DNA of 12,286 bases from an uncultured Nitrospirota bacterium (GTDB lineage Bacteria > Nitrospirota > Nitrospiria > SBBL01 > SBBA01): positions 1 to 12,286 of the forward strand of contig CAYJXH010000024.1 in assembly GCA_964373975.1 (NCBI GenBank), read 5' to 3'. Below, piece by piece: positions 7,841 to 12,286 of this stretch (position 1 is the first letter of the stretch; every line of letters begins with the position of its first letter). The position numbers were made by a program, and so were the translations under genes. The notes under the pieces are model-generated. The model searched no databases. It was not told the DNA's origin and saw nothing but the letters and a program-made list of their open reading frames with translations.

Positions 7841-8668
7841 ATGTCAACTTATGAAATGAATAAACCCGATTTTTCAAATCTTGCAAACTCGCCTAAGGTC
7901 ATGGCTTTTGGTATCGTTGCGGGCATTGTATTGCTGATCCTCTTTAATTGTTTTCAAGTTGTAGGCCCGGGGGAACGGGGCGTTGTATTCAGCCAGCTCA
8001 CAGGGGTTCGAGAGGTGACGCTAGGAGAAGGGATGCACTTTAAGCTTCCGTTTATTGAAAACATTATCACGATGGATGTCCGTGTTCAAAAAGTGCAGTC
8101 CAATGCGTCGGCGGCGTCCAAAGATCTTCAGAACATTTCTTCCGTTATTGCTGTTAATTTTCATGTGGACCCAGATCGCGCCCAACTTGTTTACCAAGAG
8201 ATTGGGCGGCAGTTTGCCGAACGGGTGATTGATCCTGCCGTGCAGGAATCGGTTAAAGCCGTCGCGGCTAATTTTACGGCAGAAGAGCTTATTACGCGCA
8301 GAGGCGATGTGAAGAATCAAGTACAGGCAGGGCTGTCCGCGCGGCTGGCCCGATTTAATATCATACTTGACGAATTTTCCATTGTTGATTTTGCCTTCTC
8401 GGAACAATTTAATCGGGCCATTGAAGAGAAACAGACGGCCGAACAAAACGCCTTGAAAGCCAAAAGGGATTTAGACCGTATTACAATTGAAGCCCAACAG
8501 CGTATCACGCAGGCCAAGGGAGAAGCCGAGGCACAGAGGGTGCAGGCGCAAACGATTACGCCTATTATGTTGCAATTAACCGCAATTCAGAAATGGAACG
8601 GTGTTCTGCCGCAAGTCACCAGTGGGGCCACGCCCTTTATTGACATTAAAACACTGAGCGGGAAATAG
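7841..8668 (+). CDS. SPFH/Band 7 domain protein, prohibitin-like (PHB family), with an N-terminal membrane anchor.
   Basis: 275 aa. It has an N-terminal TM (VMAFGIVAGIVLLILF), then a GPGERGVVF... SPFH core and a C-terminal coiled-coil rich in AEQ/AQR, typical of prohibitin/HflC-like proteins. It is the only plus-strand gene in the window. Confidence 0.85.
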   Translation: MSTYEMNKPDFSNLANSPKVMAFGIVAGIVLLILFNCFQVVGPGERGVVFSQLTGVREVTLGEGMHFKLPFIENIITMDVRVQKVQSNASAASKDLQNISSVIAVNFHVDPDRAQLVYQEIGRQFAERVIDPAVQESVKAVAANFTAEELITRRGDVKNQVQAGLSARLARFNIILDEFSIVDFAFSEQFNRAIEEKQTAEQNALKAKRDLDRITIEAQQRITQAKGEAEAQRVQAQTITPIMLQLTAIQKWNGVLPQVTSGATPFIDIKTLSGK

Positions 8669-8696
8669 AGTTCCTTTGAGTTTCAAATGGGTGAAT

Positions 8697-8717
8697 CCCC
8701 TCCTTCACAAGGAGGGG
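8697..8717. terminator. Perfect 7-bp GC hairpin (cccctcc ttcacaa ggagggg) between the convergent prohibitin-like and permease genes. A possible bidirectional terminator or RNA 3' stabiliser.
   Basis: Inverted repeat read directly from the sequence. No U-tract follows on either strand, so intrinsic terminator function is uncertain. It is followed by a G-rich tract ggaggggtaggggagg. Confidence 0.3.
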
Positions 8718-8749
8718 TAGGGGAGGCTGCCAGATGCGATTTACATGCC

Positions 8750-9583
8750 CTAACCGACTGCGACTACGATTGGTTTCTTCTTGCGATTTTTGGGGGAGAA
8801 CAAAACCGATATCAAGAAAATAAACGTCAACAGCAAAACAATCGTGGCGCCGGATGGAAGATCAAACAGATAAGAAAGCAGTACGCCAGCCCACGATGCA
8901 AGGACGCCAATCATTGCAGACCCGATCATCATCGAACGAATATGGGTTGCAAACTGTTGCGCCGTCGCCGCGGGAATCACTAAAAGGGCAAAGACCAGCA
9001 TCGCCCCAACGGCTTTTAGTGAAATAACAATGGATAACGAGATGAGGTTTAATAGCAAAAAGAAAAGCCATTTTGCGGGGATGCCGCTGGCCTCCGCCAT
9101 TTCCTGATCAAACGAGATAAAATGGAACTCCTTGAAAAAAAGAGTGAGACAGATTAGAATGACCAGCGAGAGCCCCACGATCATTTTTAAATCGTCTGCA
9201 GTTACAGAAAGAATACTGCCAAAGAGATACCCTAAAACTTCAGGATTGTACGTTCGCATGAGGCCAAGAAAAAGAATGGCCAGTGCCATGGTGAGTGTGT
9301 AAAAAATTCCGATAGAGACATCGGGCTTGATCCGTCCCTGTCGTTCGAGAAATCCAGTAACCCAGACCGTAGAAACCCCAAAGAGGACGGCCATAATGAG
9401 CGGATTCACCCCGACAAGAAAACCCAATGCAACACCCGCAAACGCCGCATGAGAGGTTCCGGCCCCAATAAAGGCCAGCCCCTTTAAAACAACAAAAACG
9501 CCAATGAGCGAACAGACGATGCCAATGAGGGCCGAGGCCATAAAGGCCCTCTGCATAAATCCGTAAGAGAGAATCTCTAACAT
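8750..9583 (-). CDS. Metal ABC transporter permease, ABC-3 family (ZnuB/MntB/TroCD-like).
   Basis: 277 aa, highly hydrophobic. The N-terminus MLEILSYGFMQRAFMA and the body are collinear with ZnuB-type permeases as recalled. The start is 4 nt downstream of the atpC stop. No cognate ATPase or substrate-binding protein gene lies adjacent in this window. Confidence 0.85.
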   Translation of the reverse strand: MLEILSYGFMQRAFMASALIGIVCSLIGVFVVLKGLAFIGAGTSHAAFAGVALGFLVGVNPLIMAVLFGVSTVWVTGFLERQGRIKPDVSIGIFYTLTMALAILFLGLMRTYNPEVLGYLFGSILSVTADDLKMIVGLSLVILICLTLFFKEFHFISFDQEMAEASGIPAKWLFFLLLNLISLSIVISLKAVGAMLVFALLVIPAATAQQFATHIRSMMIGSAMIGVLASWAGVLLSYLFDLPSGATIVLLLTFIFLISVLFSPKNRKKKPIVVAVG

Positions 9584-9587
9584 GGAG

Positions 9588-12119
<2,532 letters not shown>

Positions 12120-12128
12120 CCGCGATCT

Positions 12129-12286
12129 CTACGGTTTCCAGTCTAGTTTAAACGCTAAAACTGCATCGTCTAATTTCTTGGCCATCTCGTCACTCACGAG
12201 TTTTTCTTTATCAATGGACAAAGATATTTCGAGATAACTTTCCGCAATCTTTTTTAAGAAATCTTCTTGGAACTTCTTGACCTTGT
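12129..12286 (-). CDS. atpA: ATP synthase F1 alpha subunit, 3' end only (the gene continues beyond the window).
   Basis: Hand translation of the minus strand gives ...KVKKFQEDFLKKIAESYLEISLSIDKEKLVSDEMAKKLDDAVLAFKLDWKP with a stop (TAG at 12131..12129), consistent with an alpha-subunit C-terminal helical tail. The position upstream of atpG fits the canonical atpAGDC order. Confidence 0.65.
   Translation of the reverse strand, partial: KVKKFQEDFLKKIAESYLEISLSIDKEKLVSDEMAKKLDDAVLAFKLDWKP

Noticed and set aside
8021-9071. ORFs 8021..8446 -, 8317..8517 -, 8687..8983 + and 8862..9071 -, overlapping the prohibitin-like and permease genes.
   Set aside because: They are antisense or out-of-frame artefacts inside well-supported genes.

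Overview
This 12.3-kb window reads as a densely packed bacterial chromosomal segment, with almost every gene on the minus strand. GC content appears to be about 45-48%, and 1-4 nt gene overlaps are frequent. From high to low coordinates the minus strand carries: the 3' end of atpA, then atpG, atpD, a short atpC (84 aa, N-terminal beta-sandwich domain only), and an orphan ZnuB/MntB-family metal ABC permease 4 nt downstream of atpC. A lone SPFH/prohibitin-like gene follows on the plus strand, convergent with the permease across a GC hairpin. The minus strand then carries enolase, ftsB (start overlapping the enolase 3' end), era, an unannotated 59-aa ORF, a short PDZ-less M50 (site-2-type) metalloprotease with an in-frame Cys-containing tandem repeat at its N-terminus, a fused TMD-NBD ABC exporter with a non-canonical signature motif, a DUF1841 protein, Mpl (murein peptide ligase), a small antitoxin-like ORF with its own extended -10 promoter, and a GC-rich ambiguous edge segment. 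Most of this is housekeeping (energy, glycolysis, division, cell-wall recycling). Several things deserve follow-up: the co-translationally coupled small ORF / M50 protease / ABC exporter block, the coding tandem repeat, the truncated epsilon subunit, and the orphan permease and antitoxin-like gene. No rRNA, tRNA, CRISPR or mobile element is supported by the sequence.
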